A stretch of DNA of 64,000 nt, taken from Macrostomum lignano (taxonomy: Eukaryota). Where the stretch lies: NCBI GenBank assembly GCA_002269645.1, contig NIVC01002110.1, forward strand, positions 62,001 to 126,000. Reading direction: 5' to 3'. A model generated the notes under the pieces. That model searched no databases. It worked only from the letters and a program-made list of their open reading frames with translations, and was not told the DNA's origin. Of this stretch, positions 40,901-51,130 are shown piece by piece (the stretch's first letter is position 1; the number at the start of each line of letters is the position of its first letter). The translations under genes were made by a program, and so were the position numbers.

Positions 40901-43900
40901 GTCGTCGCTCTGCCTCAAATCCGTTGATCCATGGACAGTTTTACTGGTTCCAACTTGAAGCACGATGGCCACTCGTCTCTCAGCCAGACGCTTCTCAGAA
41001 AACGACTTTGCAGTCAGTCCTCTGAGCCATTCGCGGCCCCGGTTACCAAAATAATATAGAATACTGAAATACACTTCATCCTGAAGTTTGGTTGGACTGC
41101 TCCGATCGAAGTAGGTGTGCAGTTTAGACAGGTCGTCTGTTTCAATGGCGGAGAAATGATTGATTCTTCCTCCAATACGCAGGAATTCGTTACAGGCATG
41201 TTTCAATGTCAGATTGGCCGAATGGAATTGCGGCAGAGAGATAATGTCCAAAGAGCGAAGCCTTATAAAGTGCCGATAAAGTCCGGCACGCATTCCCAAC
41301 ATTGTGTTGGGTGAATAGGATGAGCCGTCAGGCTTCTTCAGAGCGGCGTAAAAATACGCTCGTAACGAAGAAATTTCGCAAGCTGCTCAGGAGTCACGGT
41401 CTCAAAGTCAAGGTGAATGTTGTTCTCCCGCAAAAAATCTTGAAACCGAAGACACGAAGCTTTCTCCTTGGCAACGCTTGACTCGCACTGATTTTCTCGT
41501 TCCAGCTTAGCGGCCAAGCTTTCAAGTTCATCGATGTTGCACAAAGAATTCGGATCCACAGACATCAGTTCGTCCAAAACTTTGCTTGTAACTCCTTCTT
41601 GCGAACAAGTGAGCTTGGCGATCTCCCGTTCGAATTTGCTGCTTACCGACTCGATAAACGTCTCCTCGGCGGACAATCCACAAACAGTCGCATACTGCAT
41701 GTCGATTAGTGGAGCCGCCAAGTTTGAATTTATTACACTCGCCATTTTTAAAAGCACGAACTTAAAAAGCATTTCTAGAGCTTAACTTCTTCTTCCCAGT
41801 CTAATTTCTTGCGTGCAGGAATGTGTGTTCTTTCTAAGAGTCATTATTGATGGTTCACTTTCCAAGAATCCTTATTAATGGTTCACTTTCCAAGAATCCT
41901 TATTGATGGTCTACTTTCTAAGAATCAGTATTGAGGGCTTACTTTCTAAGAATCATTATTGATGGTTTACTTTCTAAGAATCATTATTGATGGTCTACTT
42001 TCTAAGAAAGAATCATCCGCAATCTTTTCGAAGAAATCGTCAAAAAATCACCCACATTCTCTTTCCAAAGAATTGAATGTCCTTTCAATTTCAAAGAATC
42101 AGTACTGCTTTCTAATTAGACTTGTAAAATTCCCTAGCTAACCCACTCCAACCGGCCCTCCCCCCAACCAGTGGTTCGAAGACAAGAACCAGGAGGTGCA
42201 CCAGCTAGAAGAGCATCTGCGCCGGTTGCACAGCAGCATTGAGGCCCTAGTCAACCACCGGCGGGAGTACGGCTGCATGGCGGAGCAGTTCGCCGGCTCT
42301 GCTAATATGATTTCTAGCGTTGAAGAGAACACTAATCTGTCGTTTGCGTTCACTAAACTGGCGGAGACTGAGGAGCGAGTCGGCAGGCTGCAGATCGAAC
42401 AGGCTGATTCGGACTATTACGGATTAGCCGAATTGCTGCATGACCATTTGGCCATGCTTGAGTCTGTTCGAGCCAGCCTGTACGAACGAGTTCGAGCCTA
42501 TAAAACTTGGAAAGACGCCGAAATGGCGTTGACTAAGAAACGCGAAGAGAAAGTGCGGAATGAACTTGGCGGCAAGGCTGACAAAGCGGCCGCTTGCGAG
42601 GCTGCTACTAGAGAATTGGAAGGCCAGGTGTGTTTTTGGGAGCTAGTAACAAATTTTAGAGCAGTGGTAAGGACTGGTTTTAGTTGTAGATTTTGAAGAG
42701 AGAAGGTAGGATGTTGAGAGAGTAGGTAGATAGATTGTGACGGAAGTAGGTAGTGTTGAGGATAAGGTAGAGTGAAAAGAGCAGGTAGAGTGTGAAGAGA
42801 GTAGGTAGTGTAAAGCGAGTAGGTAGAGAGTGAAGAGAGCAGGTAGAGAGTAAAAAGAGTAGGTATAGAGTGAAGAGAGTAGGTAGTGTGAAGAGAGCAG
42901 GTAGAGAGTGAAGAGAGCAGGTAGAGAGTGAAGAGGGTAGGTAGTGTGAAGAGAGCAGGTAGAGAGTGAAGAGGGTAGGTAGTGTGAAGAGAGCAGGTAG
43001 AGAGTGAAGAGGGTAGGTAGTGTGAAGAGAGCAGGTAGAGAGTGAAGAGGGTAGGTAGTGTGAAGAGAGTAGGTAGTGTGAAGAGAGCAGGTAGAGAGTG
43101 AAGAGGGTAGGTAGTGTGAAGAGAGCAGGTAGAGAGTGAAGAGGGTAGGTAGTGTGAAGAGAGCAGGTAGAGAGTGAAGAGGGTAGGTAGAGAGTGAAGA
43201 GAGCAGGTAGAGAGTGAAGAGGGTAGGTAGAGAGTGAAGAGAGCAGGTAGAGAGTGAAGAGAGCAGGTAGAGAGTGAAGAGAGCAGGTAGAGAGTGAAGA
43301 GAGCAGGTAGAGAGTGAAGAGAGCAGGTAGAGAGTGAAGAGAGCAGGTAGAGAGTGAAGAGAGCAGGTAGAGAGTGAAGAGAGCAGGTAGAGACTGAAGA
43401 GAGCAGGTAGAGAGTGAAGAGAGCAGGTAGAGAGTGAAGAGAGCAGGTAGAGAGTGAAGAGAGCAGGTAGAGAGTGAAGAGAGCAGGTATAGAGTGAAGA
43501 GAGCAGGTAGAGAGTGAAGAGAGCAGGTAGAGACTGAAGAGAGCAGGTAGAGAGTGAAGAGAGCAGGTAGAGACTGAAGAGAGCAGGTAGAGACTGAAGA
43601 GAGCAGGTAGAGACTGAAGAGAGCAGGTAGAGACTGAAGAGAGCAGGTAGAGGTGAATGGGATTAGAATAGGGAACGACAAATGTACTTACGTTCACCAA
43701 CCCAGCCATCAATGCCCCTCTAAATATGGTTAAGGTGGAACGCGGCCAAGAGGCATTTGACAAGATCTCTGCCACGGTGCGTAGCGAACTTGAGCGCTAC
43801 GATCTCCGGCGTGGCTACGAGCTGAAGACGGCAATCGTGGCGAGTCTGGAGCACCAGCTGCGGCAGCAGCAGTGCGTACTGGAGGCCTGGGAGGCCTACC

Positions 43901-43932
43901 TACCCGAGGCTAAACGGATTCTAGCCGCTTAA
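37905..43932 (+). CDS. SNX1/2: Sorting nexin 1/2 (PX-BAR, Vps5 family), 484 aa; exons 37905-38389, 39048-39363, 42172-42627, 43735-43932
   Basis: PX motifs [61 protein letters not shown]; BAR segment WFEDK...LVNHRREY...KLAETEE...WEAYLPEAK. All introns are GT-AG with consistent phases; total 1455 nt. Confidence 0.96.
38406..39009. repeat. 28-bp minisatellite filling SNX intron 1
   Basis: Unit CTGGGCCAGCCTCCCAGATCCTCAGTTG, ~21 copies. Confidence 0.97.
39736..39967. repeat. 55-bp tandem repeat (4 full copies plus a partial) carrying the CGTGCAGGAATG arm
   Basis: Copies start at 39736, 39791, 39846, 39901 and 39956. Confidence 0.97.
39976..41823 (-). mobile_element. Crypton-like tyrosine-recombinase DNA transposon inside SNX intron 2
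   Basis: YR gene on the minus strand between inverted 15-bp arms CGTTCCTGCACGCAA (39976-39990) and TTGCGTGCAGGAATG (41809-41823), one mismatch. The ends are inferred from these arms. Confidence 0.8.
40187..41745 (-). CDS. Tyrosine recombinase, CryptonA/DUF3504(KCTD1/ZMYM)-like, ~478 aa; one intron (40454-40570) and one frameshift near 41360
   Basis: ATG at 41745. LAKFLR/[frameshift]/[30 protein letters not shown]; catalytic set GNRGRE (R), SKT (K), HCVR (HxxR), TGHK (H), ERY (Y); [10 protein letters not shown] and [15 protein letters not shown] motifs; intron GHK|gtaatt...aacag|ASASVERY. Confidence 0.9.
41840..42005. repeat. 28-bp minisatellite abutting the right end of the Crypton-like element
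   Basis: Unit TCATTATTGATGGTTCACTTTCCAAGAA with variants, ~6 copies. Confidence 0.9.
42700..43651. repeat. 20-bp purine-rich minisatellite filling SNX intron 3
   Basis: Unit GAGCAGGTAGAGAGTGAAGA; 38-bp (20+18) higher-order block in the 5' half. Confidence 0.97.
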
Positions 43933-43947
43933 GTATGTATGTAAGAA

Positions 43948-43953
43948 AATAAA
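43948..43953 (+). terminator. Candidate polyadenylation signal for SNX1/2
   Basis: AATAAA about 15 nt after the stop codon, followed by T-rich sequence. Confidence 0.4.
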
Positions 43954-44078
43954 CTTTTTATTGACTATTCTACTCTATATTTAATTGAAATAAATTAACG
44001 ATTTACATGAATATTAATGATGTACTCATTCTAAGGAGTCCTATTCCTGTTGATGATGATTATTAAATCATTGTATAT

Positions 44079-44445
44079 ATTTTCCAAGCCAATTGAGCCC
44101 TAGGAAGCAAGCAATTTAATCCCTAGTTGGGAGAATCAGGCTATTGTAGGCTGGCTTTTCATTGTCTATGGCCCAACTGGGGGTCTGTGGCGCAAATAAT
44201 TCCTTAGTTTGGTCCTTAGAATCAGGCTATTGTAGATTGGCTTTTTATTGTCTATGGTCCAACCTGGTCCTTAGAATGAAGCTATTGTAGACTGGCATTT
44301 CATTGTCTATGGTCCAAGCTGGTCCTTAGAATGAAGCTATTGTAGACTGGCTTTTCATTGTCTATGGTCCCACCTGGTCTTTAGAATGAAGCTATAGAGA
44401 TTTAAATTCAATCTGTCCCCTAGGGGTCAAATTGGCTTGGAAAAT
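44079..44445. mobile_element. MITE-like element with an internal 55-bp tandem repeat
   Basis: Inverted ends ATTTTCCAAGCCAATT / AATTGGCTTGGAAAAT, extending imperfectly to CCCTAGG; interior 55-bp repeat ~4 copies; no TSD seen. Confidence 0.6.
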
Positions 44446-45283
44446 GCCTATAGTACCTATAGTGATGCATTGAGTTTATTCCAGATAATTTCATACAGTT
44501 TAAAAGTCTATCAATGTTATCAATAATGTCTCGATCTATCAACCAATTTCTTTGCGTTTTTGTCGTCGATTCAAATTTAAATTAAAAAAAGAACGATATA
44601 ATAAGTAATTATTACTTACTACTTGATTGTGAGTAGGCAGATAAGAATTTTTCGTCGATCTGTGATTAATGTTGATTCAAATGCGCCCACTATGGTGTCC
44701 CTGTTTATTTTGTGTGCATGTCTTTTGCAATAAATTTCCCAAGCTTTAAAATGGCGTTGATAATAGGCCTAATTAAAATTGATTGTCTTCTAAATGACGT
44801 AATTGATTACTACTTAACAGTAGCAGCAAAAACTTATCTCTTGTTCTTGAGCTTCGTGTGCCTGCGTTGCTCTGTTTCCAGGGGAATTAATTCCCTTAAG
44901 TTACGATTATGAGTCATTTAAACAAATATAATTAATAGAGAAGTTGTTGCTTCGTTGCTGAAATTGTAACGCTTTTGATTTTTTCTATATAATATTATAT
45001 AGTCGAAAACAATCTATATGCAGTGTGTATTTATATATTAATAAAATAATAAACATGAACCCGCATCATGCAAGTTCGTTTCTGCCTAATAAATTCCTAC
45101 CATCCATATAAGTTTCGTTTCGTATCTATTGAACGTTTATAAATATCTATATATTTGTCAAATTGTGACTTGTATTCGGTTTATAATTTAATTGAGATCA
45201 AAGTACGGTACTGTGTGTACTTAATTAGTTATTTTGTTTCTCTAGCAGTAGCAGTATTGGCTCTGCTGTACATCTGGCACATT

Positions 45284-45558
45284 CTAGTCACTCTGGCTAC
45301 TGATTCTGGTCACTCTAGCCACTGATTCTGGTCACTCTGGCCACTGATTCTAGTCACTCTGGTCACTGATTTTAGTCACTCTGGCCACTGATTCTAGTCA
45401 CTCTGGCCACTGATTCTAGTCACTCTGGTCACTGATTTTAGTCACTCTGGCCACTGATTCTAGTCACTCTGGCCACTGATTCTAGTCACTCTGGTCACTG
45501 ATTCTAGTCACTGTGATCACTGATTATAGTCACTCTGGCCACTAATTCTAGTCACTCT
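45284..45558. repeat. 22-bp minisatellite (TCTAGTCACTCTGGCCACTGAT)
   Basis: Read directly, ~12 copies. Confidence 0.95.
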
Positions 45559-45948
45559 GACACCAACATACGTGAAAAGAATAACAGGTAATTTGAAAGA
45601 GTTTCAAGTCATAAAATATAGAATAATCTAGCTAAATGTATTTATCTGTTAGTACAAAATTCTAGAAACGAGTGCAAAACGATTGACACTATCAATCCTA
45701 AATTATGAACTAATTTGCATATTTACTATTATTCGATAATACACGTACGCTCGTATACAACGCATTTCTATAGGCTTAAAAACAATTCTAAAAGTTTTAG
45801 TTTTTGCTATAATACTACTTATATTAAGTGCTATAATGTATGGATACTTGCAGTAGCTAGAACTACATGGAAGATTCGTGTGTCCCTATGTCCGTGTCCA
45901 GCGGGTAATTATTAAAGTTCACACAGTCGATTCTGTCATATTAATAAA

Positions 45949-46314
45949 TCATAAGCAGCGCCGTCGGGCCTTGAAGTACCAATCGGGGCATTTGTTATAC
46001 TTCCACAGGCCGTAGTTGTATCCGCGCAGGTATTCCGAATAATACCTTGGATAAAGTTCGTAGGGATAATAGTAGTATCTAGGCCAGTAGTAGGGAGGCG
46101 GATAGCGACTGTAGCAGCCGATAAAGTCCCGGTGATCAGCGACCCGGTGCTCCAGGTAGTAGGGCCAATACCGGTAGGAGTAGTAATGCTCAGTGCAACA
46201 GTGCGGGTAGCCGCGCATGCTGCATTTGCACCGCTCCTTGGCCACCGAGTGACGGAAGTCAGTCTCAGTCAACAGGCGATCTAGCGAGGCCGAACGATAC
46301 AGATTACTTGTCAT
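45949..46314 (-). CDS. Small Tyr/Arg/Pro-rich protein, 121 aa, function unknown
   Basis: True ATG directly after tttaag (possible acceptor); GC-rich island in AT-rich flanks; non-repetitive and strongly Tyr-biased (YYSYRYWPYY, YPPPYYWPRYYYYPY). Confidence 0.6.
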   Translation of the reverse strand: MTSNLYRSASLDRLLTETDFRHSVAKERCKCSMRGYPHCCTEHYYSYRYWPYYLEHRVADHRDFIGCYSRYPPPYYWPRYYYYPYELYPRYYSEYLRGYNYGLWKYNKCPDWYFKARRRCL

Positions 46315-48098
46315 CTTAAATTCTCTTTGATAGAAGACTGCTGCTGCAGTGTTGGAGCTTTAGTAAAAGCAGAAGGATCTATTAAAGTATTGTGAGGGGC
46401 GACTGCCTTATTAATACTCTGCTGGCGTGCAGTGCAAGACACCCTTAGCTGCCTTTCCTGCCCTCTCCTCTGTGGTCTTGAGGAGATTCTGCAAACGGGG
46501 GGTATGAAAGTTTGAAGCTCTCTGAGAGTTGATAAAACTATGCGCATAATTCTTTTCTATATGCTGTAAGCTGTTCATTGCGCCTGCTATATAGATTGCG
46601 TAGAGTAGGTAGCCCCGCCTGTCAGTAGGGCATCAAATAAGACTGCAGGGTAAAATGATGGAGTATATCAGATTTATTTATTAATTGTACAGTGTTTTTG
46701 CACTAGCTGTACAGCTTACTGTAGGCGTTGAAGGGCACGCCCCCACTGCACTGAGGATGTCTATGGCCCAAAAGCTGACTCTTGATCGTCCGTGCGAAAT
46801 CTGCGCTTCACTGGGCTGTGGCGCCCCTTGGTGCTAGCGCCCCGGCCTTGGTGCTACAAGGCGCCCCTTGGTGCTGCAGGGCGCCCCTTGGTGCTGCATG
46901 GCGCCCTTTGGTGTTGCTAGGGCGCCCCTTGCAGATGCTAGGCGCTCGATCCTTCAACGCTCTGGCTACAGTCCACATTTTAGCTTGTTCTAGCCATACC
47001 ATTTACCAGAGTTACATGTACTAATACATGTACATGTAGGCCCAGATAAGTATATGCATTTTAAGTCTATTTAATTAAATTAAAAGATTATATTTTAGCA
47101 TCGCGTTTATAAACCAACCAAGTAAGTACAAAACACTATCGTAGACCTTTCTGTTCTGTCTTCTCTGTACTCCAAAGGACTCGCTTTTTAAGCTCCATTG
47201 TTTCTAGGAAATATCAGGTTACACACGCACAGCTGCAGAGAGGGCAGCTAGCAGTAGCCTAGTTGAGTTAAGGCAAACACAAACTCACTGGATGAAAAAC
47301 CAGTTAGATCTTTCATTGCTTGCAGAAACTATAGGAGAGAGAAGTGGTCCTCCTCTTTGTATGCTGTTGCTGTCTCTTTTGCAGTTGTGTGTGCGCAAGA
47401 GACCCAATCTTGCACGGCGAAAGGACGAGAAATGATGCGACTGTCGTAGAGAAGTTCGCGGCGAGACTGTGCTCAATTATGCTGTTCTTACAACTTAAAG
47501 CACGTGACCATGGTTGGCTAGCAAACAATTAACAATCCAAGGGCAGAATTTTTAAGCAACCTATGCTTGTGAATTAAATAAATTCTATATTTTTCCTATA
47601 TTAGATTAAAGCATACTAATACGAGTACAGTGGAATTATTATATCATTAAATTTACTACTATTATTATGACAAAAACCTCAAATAAATTACGTTGATAAA
47701 AATCTATCGATGCTACCTACTATTAGTAAGTCAGTGTTGTAAAAATGACGTGTTGGTATGGCATGGGTAATCGTAAAAAAACAAAACGAAAAATGAAGGA
47801 GATTTTAGAAGCTTCAATTTGACGAATGTTCCGACGGCAAAATAGGAATAGCGAAGAAATGTGCAGAAGTTTTCAACAAGCAAAGTACTTTTATAACAAG
47901 AAAACTTATCGTTTAACAAAGTTGATCCTAGCGCTCCATAAAAAACAACAAAACTGACAAGATTAATAAACTAAACAATAAAAACTATCTGCGTTTAAAC
48001 ACTGAGATCTGATTGAGAACATAGTAACTTTGGATTATTTAACCGACAAGGCGCTGGTCATCTAAAATAGAAAAACCTATCTAAGCAATCAGAGTTAT

Positions 48099-48421
48099 CT
48101 CCCCAACCAATCAGAGCGTCACCCCCAAACCAATCAGAGAGTCACCTCCACAGCGAATCAGAGAGTCATCTCCCCAACCAATCAGAGAGTCATCTCCCCA
48201 ACCAATCAGAGAGTCATCTCCCCAACCAATCAGAGAGTAATCTCCCCAACCAATCAGAGAGTCATCTCCCCAACCAATCAGAGAGTCATCTCCCCAACCA
48301 ATCAGAGAGTCATCTCCCCAACCAATCAGATAGTCACCTCCACAGCCAATCAGAGAGTCATCTCCCCAACCAATCAGAGAGTCATCTCCCCAACCAATCA
48401 GAGAGTCATCTCCCCAACCAA
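48099..48421. repeat. 24-bp minisatellite (AATCAGAGAGTCATCTCCCCAACC)
   Basis: Read directly, ~13 copies. Confidence 0.96.
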
Positions 48422-48426
48422 TCCGA

Positions 48427-48808
48427 GACTGGGCAGCCGCTAGTATCCAGCTGAGCACAGGTTGGCCTTCTTGACCTTCTTGGTCCTGTGCTCATAGAAC
48501 AGTCCGATGCGAAGCCTTTGTGCGAGACTCAGCGGCTCCTTGCTGCGGGTGCTCAGGCTATACAATTATCGCTATACAATGATATTTATTATTGACTCTA
48601 GTGCTTACTACTGCGAGTAAGATTAGCGCATGAGAGTAGCAATGTGACATTTTATGGCAGATCTTGCCTGGTGTAGCAGATGCTCACAAAATTAGTCATG
48701 CTTCTGCCGCAGAATCCCGGCTCCATCAGGCAAACTTGTAGACCAAGGATATTTGCAGAGCTTCTCCGATTCAACCGGAATGAGACCGTCAGGTAGCTTC
48801 TACAGTTC
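48427..48808 (-). pseudogene. Deleted partial duplicate of the 51131-53008 membrane-protein gene
   Basis: 48427-48466 matches about 51375-51415; 48473-48558 matches about 51750-51835; 48668-48808 matches about 52337-52477 including the splice acceptor; scattered substitutions. Confidence 0.85.
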
Positions 48809-48820
48809 GTGTAGAGAGCT

Positions 48821-49655
48821 GGCGCCCCTTGGTGCTGGCGCCCCTTGGTGCTGGCGCCCCTTGGTGCTGGCGCCCCTTGGTGCTGGCGCCCCTTGGTGCT
48901 GGCGCCCCTTGGTGCTGGCGCCCCTTGGTGCTGGCGCCCTTGGTGCTGGCGCCCCTTGGTGCTGGCGCCCCTTGGTGCTGGCGCCCCTTGGTGCTGGCGC
49001 CCCTTGGTGCTGGCGCCCCTTGGTGCTGGCGCCCCTTGGTGCTGGCGCCCCTTGGTGCTGGCGCCCCTTGGTGCTGGCGCCCCTTGGTGCTAAAGCCCCT
49101 TGGTGCTAAAGCCCCTTGGTGCTAAAGCCCCTTGGTGCTAAAGCCCCTTGGTGCTAAAGCCCCTTGGTGCTAAAGCCCCTTGGTGCTAAAGCCCCTTGGT
49201 GCTAAAGCCCCTTGGTGCTAAAGCCCCTTGGTGCTAAAGCCCCTTGGTGCTAAAGCCCCTTGGTGCTAAAGCCCCTTGGTGCTAAAGCCCCTTGGTGCTA
49301 AAGCCCCTTGGTGCTAAAGCCCCTTGGTGCTAAAGCCCCTTGGTGCTAAAGCCCCTTGGTGCTAAAGCCCCTTGGTGCTAAAGCCCCTTGGTGCTAAAGC
49401 CCCTTGGTGCTAAAGCCCCTTGGTGCTAAAGCCCCTTGGTGCTAAAGCCCCTTGGTGCTAAAGCCCCTTGGTGCTAAAGCCCCTTGGTGCTAAAGCCCCT
49501 TGGTGCTAAAGCCCCTTGGTGCTAAAGCCCCTTGGTGCTAAAGCCCCTTGGTGCTAAAGCCCCTTGGTGCTAAAGCCCCTTGGTGCTAAAGCCCCTTGGT
49601 GCTAAAGCCCCTTGGTGCTAAAGCCCCTTGGTGCTAAAGCCCCTTGGTGCTAAAG
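48821..49655. repeat. 16-bp minisatellite in two homogeneous blocks
   Basis: GGCGCCCCTTGGTGCT ~17 copies (48821-49091), then AAAGCCCCTTGGTGCT ~35 copies (49092-49655). Confidence 0.98.
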
Positions 49656-51130
49656 ACACTTGTACAAAGAAATGAAGCCCGAACATGAACTAAAACTAGA
49701 TTTAATACTTATTCTAAAGGTTAAAAAGGTTAAATTTGCATCATTCTAATAATCCCGTACAGAAATCCGACACATAGGACGCCGCAGACAAATGCAGGTA
49801 CTTTTACAATGCAGCGACGTTCAGCCAACGTCGTTATTCGTCGGTGCAATGCACCCATTTGTCTGATTCTATGGGAGCCGCTCGTTGCGGGACGATGTCG
49901 ACGAAAGCGTTTCTCCTGGGTCCACAGCTTTCCTGAAATCGCCATTATAAGCTACCCTTAGAAGAATGCAATTAACAATAAACAATAGGACAATTACGAT
50001 ATTGTAAATGCACTCGGTTATGATATTCCGAATTAGGTAAACGCATTCGGACATTACAATCAATTCTTCTTCCTCCTAATTTTCTTTCTTCTTATTTAAC
50101 TCAGGGATTAATACTTAGCTCGTACAGGCAGTTTTTCGATTGCCTATACTCATTAAGATTATTCTTGAAAGCAGCTTTCCGACTACCACAATCACCAATA
50201 ACTGAGATATCAGATTGCCCAAGTCTTGAATTACTGCATTTCTGCTGGATTCTTCAAGCGACAGGTTAATCAATTTTGTTAATCAATTTTTCACGCTCGT
50301 AAATTTACACCTAAGGACTGTAGTACAGTGGTCCTTAGTTACACTTTCATTACAAACATAAAATTTTGCAAAATGTTGAGGATACATGGCTACCGAGTAG
50401 ATTGGCGGGAAACACTCACTCTCAATCAGCTCGTTTTTTAGCCACTTTTTAACTCAGGTAAAAGGCATTATAAACAGTCTACCATGATTTTACACTCAGT
50501 TCACGGTAGTGAATAGATAAACAGGGGTGGATGGATAATAAACGCGACGAAGCATAGGTAAAATGTGCTTTAGGGAGCAACTTTGGGAAGCAAAATGAAT
50601 GCCAAATAATGAAATTTACAGAAAGTTTACAGTATAAAATGAACATTACAATTCCCGATATTCGCAGCGAGTTCCTTATTTCTAAAGCAATGTGATTTTT
50701 CTGCAACAGAATGGTATATTTACACTGTAGTAGACTGGTATATAGGAGCATGTTTCTCGATCAGTGGGCTGCATTAAATCTCTTCATTGGCAATTTCTTT
50801 TTGCCGCTCAGGAGGCAATTAAAAGATTTTACTTTTAGTTCGCAAGTTAACAGCAGCAGCAACAACCCAAAATATGGTTTTTGTTGGATCTTCCGACGCG
50901 GAAGTGAAACTTGATTTCGAGCTATCAGACTCAATTGTTATGGATAATTCTGTCTCTGTTGTTAGCTCTGCTATTGGCTGATCAAGCAAACATAATTAGC
51001 GGGGCAAAGTTAGAGCTGAAAGTCTTTCAAGCTGTTTTTATGTGTGTGTTGTACCCTTGGTCAGGTTGCCAGGGAACGGTGCTGGGTGTTGCGTCACTCT
51101 GTTCACATGACGTCTAAGACGCATCACCCG

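Noticed and set aside
49730-49945. 71-aa ORF with a C-terminal hydrophobic stretch
   Set aside because: Plausible small membrane protein, but no homology or splice evidence to support it.
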